Source: Elusimicrobiota bacterium (GTDB lineage: Bacteria > Elusimicrobiota > Elusimicrobia > UBA1565 > UBA9628). Taken from it: DNA of 64,000 nucleotides. Location of the stretch: positions 42,317 through 106,316 of the forward strand of contig JAUYSH010000120.1 in the NCBI GenBank assembly GCA_030696455.1, read 5' to 3'. This document shows, in pieces, positions 19,496 through 28,388 of this stretch. The notes below the pieces were generated by a model. The model worked only from the letters and a program-made list of their open reading frames with translations. It had not been told where the DNA came from and ran no database searches. The position numbers and the translations under genes are program-made. Every line of letters starts with the position of its first letter. The first letter of the stretch is position 1.

Positions 19496-20274
19496 GGCTT
19501 GGCGTCCGCGGAGAGGAGGATCTTCGTGCCGATGAAGCTGCGCATATAGAGACGGCTCGCCGCGGCCCGCGGCAAAGAGAGGCACAGGTGCGGGAAGGCC
19601 TCATGCTCGGGCGCCTTGAGGGGCGGCCCGTGCAGCACGAGCCCCTCCTTCGTGAACAGCACGAATTCGCCCAGGGCGTTGGCGCGCACGGAGGTGCCGG
19701 CCTGAGGCGGCTCCCACTGCAGCAGCCCGCCGACCTCGGCGGATCTCGGGCGCTCGGTGGCGGCGAAGCGCTCCTTGCTGACGATCACCGCGGCGCGGGG
19801 CAGGGGGCGCGCCGGCGCGCCCACGGCGCGCGCCCGGGCGCCTTCGAGGGGGCGGGATTCGACGGTCTGATCTCCGCTCATCAAATTAAGCCTGTCGGAA
19901 TCCTCATCGACCCGGACCCAGAAGGTCATGATCTCGAGCTGCTTCTCGAGGAGGCGCTTCTCCTCGGACAGAGCCAGCCCCCCCTCGAACAGGGCCTTGC
20001 GCGCGCGCGACAAGGTCGTGGCACTCGCCTTCGCCCGCGCGAAATCACGGGACACCAGGGCGTTGAGCGCCTGGCGCTCCGCCAGGTCCAGTTCGAGGTC
20101 CTCGCGCGCGACCGACAGCGAGACGCGCTCGTCCGCCGCCCGCTCGACGTGCGAAGACACCCAGCGGCCCGCCAGCCAAAGCCCGGCGAGCACGGCGGCT
20201 CCGGCGGCGGCGAGCTCCAGGGCGCCGACGCGGCGGTCGAGCGAGCGCAGCTTGGCCTCGAGGGGTCCGTTCAT
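19492..20274 (-). CDS. Membrane-anchored coiled-coil protein with a degenerate YkuD (L,D-transpeptidase-like) C-terminus
   Basis: Its C-terminus (LVLHGPP...FPHLCLSLPRAAASRLYMRSFIGTKILL) aligns with SHGCVRVGAADLERLYASVPNGTRVFI of the adjacent transpeptidase. Confidence 0.45.
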   Translation of the reverse strand: MNGPLEAKLRSLDRRVGALELAAAGAAVLAGLWLAGRWVSSHVERAADERVSLSVAREDLELDLAERQALNALVSRDFARAKASATTLSRARKALFEGGLALSEEKRLLEKQLEIMTFWVRVDEDSDRLNLMSGDQTVESRPLEGARARAVGAPARPLPRAAVIVSKERFAATERPRSAEVGGLLQWEPPQAGTSVRANALGEFVLFTKEGLVLHGPPLKAPEHEAFPHLCLSLPRAAASRLYMRSFIGTKILLSADAKP

Positions 20275-21047
20275 TCGAAGATGAACACCCGCGTTCCGTT
20301 CGGCACGGACGCATACAGCCTCTCGAGGTCCGCCGCGCCCACGCGCACGCAGCCGTGCGAGGCGGGGCGTCCGAGCAGCTCCTCGCGCTTGGTCCCGTGG
20401 ATCAGGTAGCCGTCGCCCAGGTTCATCACGAAGGCCCCGAGCTCTCCGGACACCATTCGCGAGGGGTCTCCCGGCGGGGGCACCGGCTCACCGGCCTCCA
20501 CATAGGCCCAGTCGGGCTTGCGCCACAGAGGGTTGACCGCCTTGCCGATGACGCGGAACTCGCCCCGCGGCGTGACGAACTCCCACTTGCGGCCGCTCTT
20601 GGCGTCCTTGAGGACTCCGCCCCGTCCGACCGAGACGTCGGCCTGCCAAAGCAGCCGTGCGCCCTTCTTGACGTAGAGCTTGTTGGCCTTCGCGTCGATG
20701 ACGAGGTGCGAAACGCCCTTCAGGCGCTTGGCGACCTTCGCGCGCAGCAGGCCGACCTCCCCTTCGATGGCCTTCTGAGTCCTCAGGTAGCCCTTATCCT
20801 CGGGAAGAATATTGGGGATGTCCTGAAGGAAGCGCGCGTCGCCCGCCCGCTCCCCGGATTCCCGCACCAGCTCCCCCAGCCGGCGCGCGCCCTCGTCGAG
20901 CGCGCGGGACTCGTCCTCGAGCCGCTGCGCCTCGCGCGCCAGGGCCGCCCCGTCGCGGGAGAGCGCGCACGCCCGCCAGCCGAACGCGCCGGTCCAGAGG
21001 ACCAGCGCCAGGGGGTAGAGCGTCCGTCCGAAGGGGACCTCGCTCAC
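20271..21047 (-). CDS. L,D-transpeptidase (YkuD domain) with N-terminal TM and coiled coil
   Basis: GTG start at 21047 (GTGA overlap). YLIHGT...SHGCVRV catalytic motif. Confidence 0.8.
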   Translation of the reverse strand: MSEVPFGRTLYPLALVLWTGAFGWRACALSRDGAALAREAQRLEDESRALDEGARRLGELVRESGERAGDARFLQDIPNILPEDKGYLRTQKAIEGEVGLLRAKVAKRLKGVSHLVIDAKANKLYVKKGARLLWQADVSVGRGGVLKDAKSGRKWEFVTPRGEFRVIGKAVNPLWRKPDWAYVEAGEPVPPPGDPSRMVSGELGAFVMNLGDGYLIHGTKREELLGRPASHGCVRVGAADLERLYASVPNGTRVFIFE

Positions 21048-21580
21048 GGGAGCGGGAGCTCGTCGACGGGAACGTCGGTGGCGGTGGCGCGGGGCGCGCG
21101 GCGCTCGGCGGCCAGGGGCGAAAGGGCGCGGCTCGCGGCCTCGGCGACCTCGGCGGCTCCGGCGAAGGCGTCGCCGCGGGGGTGCGCGGCGGAACGGAGC
21201 ACGGCGTCCCCGGTGCGGGCGTCGAGCGCGGAGACCTCGAGCGAGCGCCACGACGGGTCGAGGGAGAGGAAGACGACCGCGTCCGCGCCGGTCGCGCGGC
21301 GGATCTCGTCGAGCAGGCGCGGGTTGCGCGCCGCCTCGAGCCCGATGGCCGAGCCGGCCAGGACGCTGTCGGACTCCTCGAGGGCGGAAGCGCTCAGGCC
21401 CAGGCCCTCGAGACGGGAGACGAGCTCGCGCGAGATCTCCACGCCCTTGCCGCGCGCGCCGCGCGTGGCGGCGACGGCGACGTTCCGGGCCCGGAAGGAA
21501 GGCGCGCGGGAAAGCTCCTCCCGGCGGTCGCCGAGGCCGCAGCCGGCGAGCAGGAGAAGCGGCAAGAGGAACCGCCTCAT
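21044..21580 (-). CDS. Lipoprotein of unknown function
   Basis: Lipobox LLLAGC. Ala/Arg-rich, 178 aa. First gene of the 4-gene operon. Confidence 0.4.
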   Translation of the reverse strand: MRRFLLPLLLLAGCGLGDRREELSRAPSFRARNVAVAATRGARGKGVEISRELVSRLEGLGLSASALEESDSVLAGSAIGLEAARNPRLLDEIRRATGADAVVFLSLDPSWRSLEVSALDARTGDAVLRSAAHPRGDAFAGAAEVAEAASRALSPLAAERRAPRATATDVPVDELPLP

Positions 21581-21587
21581 CCGGCCG

Positions 21588-22100
21588 CTACCAGCCGTCG
21601 TTGTCGTCGTCTTCGTGGCCTTTGCCCTTCTTGCCGCCCTTGCCGCCGAAGCCGCCCTTCTTCTCGAAGCCCTCGCCGCGGGGCTTCTTCTTGTTGTCGT
21701 AGCGGTTCTTGCGGTCGGAGAAGGCCTTGCTGTCCGCGCCGAAGTTGGGGTTGCGCTCGCCGAAGCCGCCGCCGGAAGGACGGGGTGCGCCGCCGCCGCC
21801 GGGGGCGCCGCCGAAGGCGGGGCGGGGCGGGTAGCCGCCGGCCGGGCGCGGCTCCATCGGGCGGGCCTCGTTGACCATGATGCGGCGCGTGCCCAGGCTG
21901 AAATTGTTGTACTTGAGAAGAGCGGCCTGGGCCTGCTCGTCGGTCGTCATCTCGACGAAGCCGAAGCCCTTCGAGCGGTTGGTGGCCTTGTCGATGATCA
22001 CCTTCGCGCTCACCACGACCCCGCACGCGGCGAACAGCTCCTTCAGCTGGGCATCATTCGTCTCATACGGCAGGCCGCCCACGAACAGCTTCTTACCCAT
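21588..22100 (-). CDS. RRM-type RNA-binding protein with a Gly-rich tail
   Basis: The RNP2 KLFVGGL and RNP1 KGFGFVEM motifs, and a GGxGG/RGG-like C-terminus. Confidence 0.85.
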   Translation of the reverse strand: MGKKLFVGGLPYETNDAQLKELFAACGVVVSAKVIIDKATNRSKGFGFVEMTTDEQAQAALLKYNNFSLGTRRIMVNEARPMEPRPAGGYPPRPAFGGAPGGGGAPRPSGGGFGERNPNFGADSKAFSDRKNRYDNKKKPRGEGFEKKGGFGGKGGKKGKGHEDDDNDGW

Positions 22101-22147
22101 TATCGGTTAGTCTCCTTGCGCTTTGACCGTCGACAAATTATACACCA

Positions 22148-22531
22148 TCATCCCCGCCCCAGGGCTATCCAACCGAGGGCGGCCAGGGCCTGGGATAGGG
22201 CCGTGCCGTACAGCGGCACGTAGGCGATCCAGGCGCGGTCGCCGCTTTTCATCCAGGCCCGGGCCCAGCGGGTCGAGGGCACCTTGTCGATCCAGGCCGC
22301 TCCCCTGCGTATCTCCGGCTCGCCGTACCTCGCGAGCGCGAAGCACGCCAGGCCCACCGCGGCCTTGCCCAGAACAAGCGCGTTGACGATCCCGATGCGC
22401 GCCATCAACGCCCGCATGACCGGGTTGCCCTCGAGCGACAGGTCCCCGCCCATCCCTGACATGGTCCAGCGCATGTCGGCGAGCGCGGCGGCGCAGTAGA
22501 AGACGGCGCCGAGGGCCAGGGCTTTTTTCAT
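22148..22531 (-). CDS. Small membrane protein co-transcribed downstream of the RES toxin
   Basis: 127 aa with 3-4 hydrophobic segments. Its start overlaps the RES stop. Confidence 0.4.
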   Translation of the reverse strand: MKKALALGAVFYCAAALADMRWTMSGMGGDLSLEGNPVMRALMARIGIVNALVLGKAAVGLACFALARYGEPEIRRGAAWIDKVPSTRWARAWMKSGDRAWIAYVPLYGTALSQALAALGWIALGRG

Positions 22532-23043
22532 TCCCCCACGGGGCCGACGGCATCCACTTCTATCAGGCAGCCTTCCGCCAGGTTGTTCACGAAGACGACC
22601 AGATTGACGCCGCTCCCGGCGGCCGAAGGGACCAAGAGCCCTTGGAATCCGGCCTTTCGGGCCTGATGACTGACGGCTTGGGTGAGGGAGCAGTCCGGCG
22701 AAATCAACGCCTCCTTCGAGAGGCCCAGCTTGGCCAGGACAACCGCTTGCGTCAGATCGAGTACCTTCTGAAGCTTGACCTTGATCTTGCCGGCGGCAAG
22801 ACCTCCTTGCAAATCGGCGCGGGCGGCATGCCGTCCGAGTTCCCGGATCGCCAGGTCCCTCTCAAGAGAGGTATAGAGAATTCCCGTCTCTCCGGCGGCA
22901 TGGTAGCGGCCGGGGTAATAACGATTCCCCTCGGTCGACAGGATTTTGTCGCGCAATGCCCCGGGGACGACCCGATAGACCGAATCCGAAAAGGATATCG
23001 AGCCAAGGCCTGCGATCGCCGCGAGGTTGGGACGGGCCGGCAT
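22528..23043 (-). CDS. RES-domain toxin (NAD+-targeting; MbcT/ParT-like)
   Basis: Conserved R, S and E in GNRYYPGRY...GILYTSLERDLAIRE. Sits directly after the Xre-type antitoxin. Confidence 0.8.
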   Translation of the reverse strand: MPARPNLAAIAGLGSISFSDSVYRVVPGALRDKILSTEGNRYYPGRYHAAGETGILYTSLERDLAIRELGRHAARADLQGGLAAGKIKVKLQKVLDLTQAVVLAKLGLSKEALISPDCSLTQAVSHQARKAGFQGLLVPSAAGSGVNLVVFVNNLAEGCLIEVDAVGPVGE

Positions 23044-23394
23044 TTAGGAGTAGATTCCCCATTCCAGCATGCCGAGGACGTTTCGCACCTGGTCCAGTTC
23101 GCCGCGGCTCAGCAGGTCCGCCGGGCGCTCGCCCCCCAAAGTCTCGTTGGGCGATTGGAACCAGGGCTTCAGGGCGGCCTTCTTGAGCAGCCGCGCCGCC
23201 AGTTGGTAGATAGCCTCCAGCTTCTCCAGAGCGCGCAGCCCTCCCTCGTTGGGATGGGCGCTGCCCTCTTGCCACCGCTGAACGGTCTTGGGGTTCACGG
23301 CCAGGCAGGATGCCAGTATATTCGAGTCGAGGCCCAGCGCTTCGCAATGCTTCAGGATCTGCTTGGGCTGCGTTCTCTCCAGGACTTTGGCCAT
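23044..23394 (-). CDS. Xre/MbcA/ParS-type antitoxin (DUF2384 C-terminal domain)
   Basis: The ATG at 23394 has a GGAGGA Shine-Dalgarno sequence. Helix-turn-helix region plus DUF2384-like C-terminus. The longer ORF start at 23442 lies upstream of the promoter. Confidence 0.8.
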   Translation of the reverse strand: MAKVLERTQPKQILKHCEALGLDSNILASCLAVNPKTVQRWQEGSAHPNEGGLRALEKLEAIYQLAARLLKKAALKPWFQSPNETLGGERPADLLSRGELDQVRNVLGMLEWGIYS

Positions 23395-23403
23395 AAATCC
23401 TCC

Positions 23404-23442
23404 GCTCGTTTTTAGTATAGCGGGCCGATGGACATTTGTCAA
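23404..23442 (-). promoter_or_regulatory. Sigma70 promoter of the toxin-antitoxin operon with an overlapping palindromic operator
   Basis: On the minus strand: TTGACA, 17-nt spacer, TATACT. The 10-bp inverted repeat GACATTTGTC/GACAAATGTC spans the -35. GGAGGA lies 5 nt before the ATG. Confidence 0.6.
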
Positions 23443-23467
23443 GACAAATGTCTAATGGCGAAGCCTC

Positions 23468-24874
23468 TTACCGCAGCCGGACCTCGGCCCCGCCCGCTCC
23501 CGCCGAAAATTGCGGGGATTGGGTGCGATTGACGCGGTTGGCTTCGTCGGCGACCTTAGGTGAGAGATAGTCGTGGAGGCCCTGGGCGGTGACTCGGCCC
23601 TGGGCATCGGCGGCCGCGCCGTCCAGGCCCTTCAGGAAGTAATAGGTGAATAAGCCGTGCCCCTGGGAGTCGAAAGTTCCCGAGATCTGATTGCCGCCCG
23701 AGGCCGTGAAGACCACGAGCTTGCCGAGGTTCGCCGCCGAGCCCAGGTCGACCTTGTTGACCAGGGGCCGGGTCCCCTTCTGCAGGACGGATCTTCCGCC
23801 CGCGCCGGAAAAACAGGAGTCCAGGGCCACGAGAACCCTCTTCGCTTTGAGCGCGTTCAGGCTTGCGTAGAGGCGCTTCAGCGGGTAGGCCGTGCGCGAG
23901 AGGTAGGCGGGATCGCCGTCCCACGGCACGAGGTAGGCCTGGCCCGACTCGGGGTCGGGCGCGCCATGCCCGGAAAAATAAACGAAGACGGTCCCGTTCG
24001 TGTTGACGTTCTTCGGCAGCCAATCCTCGAGGTAAGCCTCGAGGGAGGACCGCACGGCGCGGCTGCCTTGCAGCAGCTTGATATTGCGCTCAGGATAGCC
24101 CATCGCGAGCAAGTGGGCCTTCATGGACTGAGCGTCGCGCTCCGCGAATTGAGCATCCGGAAGCTCGTTCGAGTACTTCTCCACGCCGATGACTAACGCG
24201 AAGTTGTCCGGGTTCTCGGGCAGCTTAAAGCGGGGCTCATCCACCCTCGAAGCCGGGGTAGCGGGCGCAGCCTCGGGTTTCTTCGCTTCGGAGGCCTCCC
24301 GCAAGGTCTCGAGCATGAGCCGCTTCATCTCTTCCTTATCGAGGCCGCCGGAAGGGGCGGCCGAGGCGACGGCCGCGCCCCGGACCCTCCTCGGCTCGAG
24401 CGCGAATTCGGCGACCTTCGGCGAGGCCGCTAGCTTGGCGGCGAGATGCGGGGCGATGCTGTTCGCGATCCACTCCTGGTAGCCGCTTCCGGACATCCTG
24501 TTGCCGATGGCCCCGCCGTTCAAGTCCACGGTCTCGATCTTCTTTCCGTCGGCGGTCAATCGCAGAGAAGTGAAATACGTCCCGCCGTCCTTCGTCTCGA
24601 CGCTCAAATCGAGGAGGGCGTCGGAGGCGGCCAGGTCAGCCGAAAGGTGAAATCCGGACTCGATCAAAGCCGCCTCTATTGCCGCGCGCAGCGGCGCGGT
24701 CAGCGCGTGGTTGACCGGATTCGTCACGGAACGAAGATGGAGTTTGAGCCCTTGTACGGATACGGGAGCCATGATCAGAGGTGGCTTGGGAGGGATCGGT
24801 GTGACGCAGCCGCTCAGCGTCGCCGCTACCGCGAGCAGGGATAGGGTGAATCTCTGAGAACCAGTGGTTATCAA
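23468..24874 (-). CDS. Caspase-family (peptidase C14) lipoprotein
   Basis: The His/Cys dyad YFSGHGAP ... ALDSCFSGAG and lipobox LSGC. TTG start 12 nt after the ferredoxin stop. Confidence 0.75.
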   Translation of the reverse strand: MITTGSQRFTLSLLAVAATLSGCVTPIPPKPPLIMAPVSVQGLKLHLRSVTNPVNHALTAPLRAAIEAALIESGFHLSADLAASDALLDLSVETKDGGTYFTSLRLTADGKKIETVDLNGGAIGNRMSGSGYQEWIANSIAPHLAAKLAASPKVAEFALEPRRVRGAAVASAAPSGGLDKEEMKRLMLETLREASEAKKPEAAPATPASRVDEPRFKLPENPDNFALVIGVEKYSNELPDAQFAERDAQSMKAHLLAMGYPERNIKLLQGSRAVRSSLEAYLEDWLPKNVNTNGTVFVYFSGHGAPDPESGQAYLVPWDGDPAYLSRTAYPLKRLYASLNALKAKRVLVALDSCFSGAGGRSVLQKGTRPLVNKVDLGSAANLGKLVVFTASGGNQISGTFDSQGHGLFTYYFLKGLDGAAADAQGRVTAQGLHDYLSPKVADEANRVNRTQSPQFSAGAGGAEVRLR

Positions 24875-24886
24875 AGGTAGGGCGGT

Positions 24887-25339
24887 CTACTTCGGGCTCA
24901 TGAGCCCCGGAACGACGGGGTTCTGCTTGCCGAACAGCTCGAGGACGACGGGATCGGCCTTGGGGGCCTTGTTCACGAAGCCGCGCAGCTCCTCTGGCAC
25001 GAGCTCGGGCGCCTGGAAGACGGCGTGGTCGTGGGTCAGCTGGGAGTCGAGAGAGGTCAGGTCCCCGGCGACGGACGGCGTGGGCACCATGCGGATCGTG
25101 TCCCACGGGCAGTCTTTGGCGCACAGGTTGCAGCCGATGCAGATATCGTAGTTGACGTAGACGCCCTTGGCCGCGGGCTCGTCGTCGCCGAACTTTTCGA
25201 TGCACGACGGGACGGGGCAGACGGCGATGCAGACCTCGCAGCCGGTGCAGGCGTCGAGGTTGATGAGCGCCTTGATCTTGGCCTTGGACGCGCCCTTGAC
25301 GAGGGCGGCGCGGCGCGAGTCGTTCTGAGGAGCGGGCAT
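24887..25339 (-). CDS. 2x[4Fe-4S] ferredoxin
   Basis: Two motifs: CTGCEVCIAVCP and CIGCNLCAKDCP. Confidence 0.85.
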   Translation of the reverse strand: MPAPQNDSRRAALVKGASKAKIKALINLDACTGCEVCIAVCPVPSCIEKFGDDEPAAKGVYVNYDICIGCNLCAKDCPWDTIRMVPTPSVAGDLTSLDSQLTHDHAVFQAPELVPEELRGFVNKAPKADPVVLELFGKQNPVVPGLMSPK

Positions 25340-25809
25340 TATTTCACGGCCTCCAGGATGGCTTCGGCGTGGCCGGCGACGGACACCTTGCGCGCGGCCT
25401 GCATGATCCGGCCCGTGGGCCCGATCACGAAGGTCGAGCGCACGACGCCCATGAACTTGCGGCCGTAAAGGGTCTTCTCCTGCCAGACGCCGTAGGCGCG
25501 GCAGATGTCCTTGTCCTCGTCGACCAGCAGCGGGAAGGGCAGGCCGTGCTTGGCCTTGAAGCCGGCGTGGGACTTGGCCGCGTCGGGGCTCACGCCGAGG
25601 ATGCGCGCGCCTTTCTTGACGAAGGCGTCGTAATGGTCGCGGAAGTCGCAGGCCTCGGCCGTGCAGCCCGAGGTGTTGTCCTTCGGATAAAAATAGAGCA
25701 CCACCGTCTTGCCCTTCAAGGCCTTGAGCGACCAGGTGCGCCCGGTCTCATCCTGCGCGGAGAAATTGGGGGCCCTATCGCCGGCGGCGACGGCCTTCGC
25801 TTTGATCAC
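25339..25809 (-). CDS. bcp: Peroxiredoxin Bcp (thiol peroxidase)
   Basis: VLYFYPKDNTSGCTAEAC motif. Probable GTG start at 25809 (KAKAVAAGDRAPNF aligns with the Bcp N-terminus). The track ATG at 25851 is an alternative. Confidence 0.75.
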   Translation of the reverse strand: MIKAKAVAAGDRAPNFSAQDETGRTWSLKALKGKTVVLYFYPKDNTSGCTAEACDFRDHYDAFVKKGARILGVSPDAAKSHAGFKAKHGLPFPLLVDEDKDICRAYGVWQEKTLYGRKFMGVVRSTFVIGPTGRIMQAARKVSVAGHAEAILEAVK

Positions 25810-25860
25810 GGACACCCGTTGATTGTAACAGGAATGGCCGGGGGCGGTCAAACGCCGGCG

Positions 25861-27942
25861 TCAGGAAAGGAGGCGCCGGGCGGCCTGGCGGAGTTCGTCG
25901 ATGTCGAAGGGCTTGGCGAGAAACTCGGAATTCGTCTTGGAGAGGAACTCGAGCACCTTCGGGTTGAGGATGTCCCCCGTCACGAAGAGCATCTTGGCGC
26001 TCGAGCCGCCCGCGCGGACGCGCTCGTAGATGTCCGAGCCCTTGATCCGCTCCATCTCCATGTCGGAGATGACCAGGTCGAAGGACCCCGCTTCGAGGAG
26101 CTTCAGCGCCTCGGCGCCGCCGTGGGCGACCAGCACCTCGTCGCCGTCCTCCCGCAGCAGGCGGGCGATCACCTCGGCGATGTCGGCCTCGTCGTCGGCG
26201 ACCAGCACGCGCCTGCCCCCCACGGCGGGGTGGCGGACCGGCGCTTCCACCGCTTCGAGCCGCTCGAAGTCCTCGTCGCGGCCCTCGGGCAGGTCGAGCG
26301 TGAACGCGCAGCCGAGGCCGGGGCGGTTCTCGAGGGTGACGTCCCCGCCGTGCTCGCGGGCGATCTGGCGGCAGATCGACAGGCCCAGGCCCGTTCCCCG
26401 TCCGGGCTCCTTCGTCGTGAAGAACGGCTCGAACATCCTTTCCGCCTCCCCGGGCGGGACGCCGGGGCCGTTGTCCTCCACGCGGATGAACGCGCGGCCC
26501 GCCCGCGCCCCGGTCCGCACGACCAGGCGTTTGCCCTCGGGATAGCGCACGACGCCGGCCATCGCGTCGCAGGCGTTGTTGATCAGGTTGACCAGGACCT
26601 GGACGACCTGCTGGAAATCCCCGACGATCAGCGGCGCCCGCTCGGAGGCGTCCTTGGTCACCGTAACGTCGTCGGTCTTGTGCAGGCGGTACTCGAGCAG
26701 CTCCAGCGCCGAGTCCAGCGCCGCATTGAGGTCCACCTTGCCGCGCTCGCGGCGGCTCTGGCGGACGAAGAACAGGAGGTTGTCGACGACTTTGCGGCAG
26801 CGCAGCACGTTGGCGTAGATATGCTCGAGGTCGCGGCGCAGGCCGGGCGGGCAGCCCTCCTGCTGGGCCAGCTGCACGTAGCCGGAGATCGCGCCGAGGG
26901 GGTTGTTGAGCTCGTGGGCCACCGCCGAGATCAAGGTGCCGACCGCGGAGAGCTTCTCGGCCTGGATCAACTGGGACTGGAGCTCGACGGTGCGTCGGCG
27001 GTTGTCCTCGAGGCGCTCGCCCATCTCGTTGAACGCCCCGGACAAGGTGCCGAGCTCGTCGGTCCCGACGTCGGGTATGCGCCGGGTGAAGTCCCCCCGT
27101 CCGAATTTCTCCGCGGCGTCGACCAAGGCCGCGATCGGGCGCGTGATCGAGCGCACCATGACCAGCAGGAGGACGATGAGCCCGACGAGGCCGAGCAAGG
27201 TCGTCAGCAAGGCGGCGTTGCGCACCGTGCGCAGGGGTCCCAGGAAGTCGTCGAGCGGAGCCTCGACGACGACCGCCCAGGGGCGGCCCCTCAGGGGGCT
27301 GCGCGCCGTCAGCAACTCGAGGCCGCCCTCGTTGGCGGGCCGTCCCTCGACGCGCGCCCCGCCGTCCGCCTCGAGATAGGCCCTTCCGCGTCGCCCCACG
27401 ACGACGCCGCCGAGCTGCTCGCGCAGGCGGGTCAGGTCGTAGCTGAAGGCCAGGACCCCCTTGAACTTCCCGACTTCGTCGAACACGGGCTTGGCGTAAT
27501 AGACCGCGGGCGCCGCCCCCGGGCGCGGCTCGAGCCCCGAGGTCCAGAGTCCGCCGGGCCCCGACTCGCGCGCCTTCGAGAAGGCGGGCTCCCGCGGTGA
27601 AGGACTTCCGGCCGCGGCCACGACGGCGCCGCCCGCGTCGAGGTAGGCGATGCGCGCGTAGACCCCGGTGCGCGCGGAGAAGTTGCCCAGGTAGCGGGCC
27701 AGCTCCTTGCGGTAGGCGCCGGCCTCGTCGAGCAGGCCGAAGTCGACGTTGCGGTAATAGTCCGCGATCAGCGGCGTCTCGGCCAAGGTGAGCATGTCGC
27801 GCCGCCGCTGGTCGAAGAGCTCGTCGACCTCGGAGGCCAGGCGCTTGGCCGTCGACGAGGCCTCTTTATTGATCGCGCCGAGGATCTCCCGGCGCGCCAT
27901 CACGTACTGGAACCAGACGAGGCCGCTCACGGCGAGCAGCAC
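25861..27942 (-). CDS. Hybrid sensor histidine kinase (periplasmic Cache-like sensor, HisKA, HATPase, C-terminal receiver)
   Basis: H-box AVAHELNNPLGAI, N/G boxes NLINNACDAM / GTGLGLSICRQI, and the receiver RVLVADDE...DLVISDMEM. The true start may lie upstream of the GTG at 27942. Confidence 0.85.
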   Translation of the reverse strand: MLLAVSGLVWFQYVMARREILGAINKEASSTAKRLASEVDELFDQRRRDMLTLAETPLIADYYRNVDFGLLDEAGAYRKELARYLGNFSARTGVYARIAYLDAGGAVVAAAGSPSPREPAFSKARESGPGGLWTSGLEPRPGAAPAVYYAKPVFDEVGKFKGVLAFSYDLTRLREQLGGVVVGRRGRAYLEADGGARVEGRPANEGGLELLTARSPLRGRPWAVVVEAPLDDFLGPLRTVRNAALLTTLLGLVGLIVLLLVMVRSITRPIAALVDAAEKFGRGDFTRRIPDVGTDELGTLSGAFNEMGERLEDNRRRTVELQSQLIQAEKLSAVGTLISAVAHELNNPLGAISGYVQLAQQEGCPPGLRRDLEHIYANVLRCRKVVDNLLFFVRQSRRERGKVDLNAALDSALELLEYRLHKTDDVTVTKDASERAPLIVGDFQQVVQVLVNLINNACDAMAGVVRYPEGKRLVVRTGARAGRAFIRVEDNGPGVPPGEAERMFEPFFTTKEPGRGTGLGLSICRQIAREHGGDVTLENRPGLGCAFTLDLPEGRDEDFERLEAVEAPVRHPAVGGRRVLVADDEADIAEVIARLLREDGDEVLVAHGGAEALKLLEAGSFDLVISDMEMERIKGSDIYERVRAGGSSAKMLFVTGDILNPKVLEFLSKTNSEFLAKPFDIDELRQAARRLLS

Positions 27943-28004
27943 CGGCGGCAGGATGGCCGCCAGCAGCTTCCAGGACAGGCTCGACGGGGGGGCAGGCGGA
28001 TCAT

Positions 28005-28388
28005 TCAGCCAATATGGATGTCCGCGCCGGGTCCGATCTTCAGCGCCGGGCTGAAGATCGAGATCGCCTCGCAGGAGACGGCGCCCGTGGAGAATTGATG
28101 CCGCACCCCGCGCGGGATCAGGAGGACGCTGCCCGCGGCCATGCGGTATTTCCGGCCTCCCAAAAGGGCGGACATCGAGCCCGAGACGCAGTAAACGAAC
28201 TCAGACGTGCGCCGGTGATGGATTTCCGGCAAGGTCGTGCGGGGCGGTAGATGCTCGTGCAGAATGGAGACGTCGCCGAGCAGGCCGCCGTCCTCGAGGG
28301 CGCGCGTCACCAGCTTGCCGAAGCGGGAGCCGCGGATGCGGTTCACATGCGTCACGAGAAGGCGCTTACGGGTTCTTTTTCGGATCAT
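28005..28388 (-). CDS. Cupin-domain protein (127 aa)
   Basis: The ATG at 28388 overlaps the binding-protein stop (ATGA). Cupin motifs HEHLPP...E...GS...G..Y....G.VLLIPRGVRHQF. It is hidden in the C-terminus of a long wrong-frame track ORF. Confidence 0.6.
   Translation of the reverse strand: MIRKRTRKRLLVTHVNRIRGSRFGKLVTRALEDGGLLGDVSILHEHLPPRTTLPEIHHRRTSEFVYCVSGSMSALLGGRKYRMAAGSVLLIPRGVRHQFSTGAVSCEAISIFSPALKIGPGADIHIG

Noticed and set aside
18198-19604. 468-aa minus-strand ORF and 18572-19549 (+)
   Set aside because: Alternative frame or antisense of the APC permease. The hydrophobic 12-TM frame is the real one.
20355-22223. 622-aa plus-strand ORF
   Set aside because: Antisense to the transpeptidase, lipoprotein and RRM genes. 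Arg/Ala-rich.
25369-27600. 743-aa plus-strand ORF
   Set aside because: Antisense to the hybrid histidine kinase.
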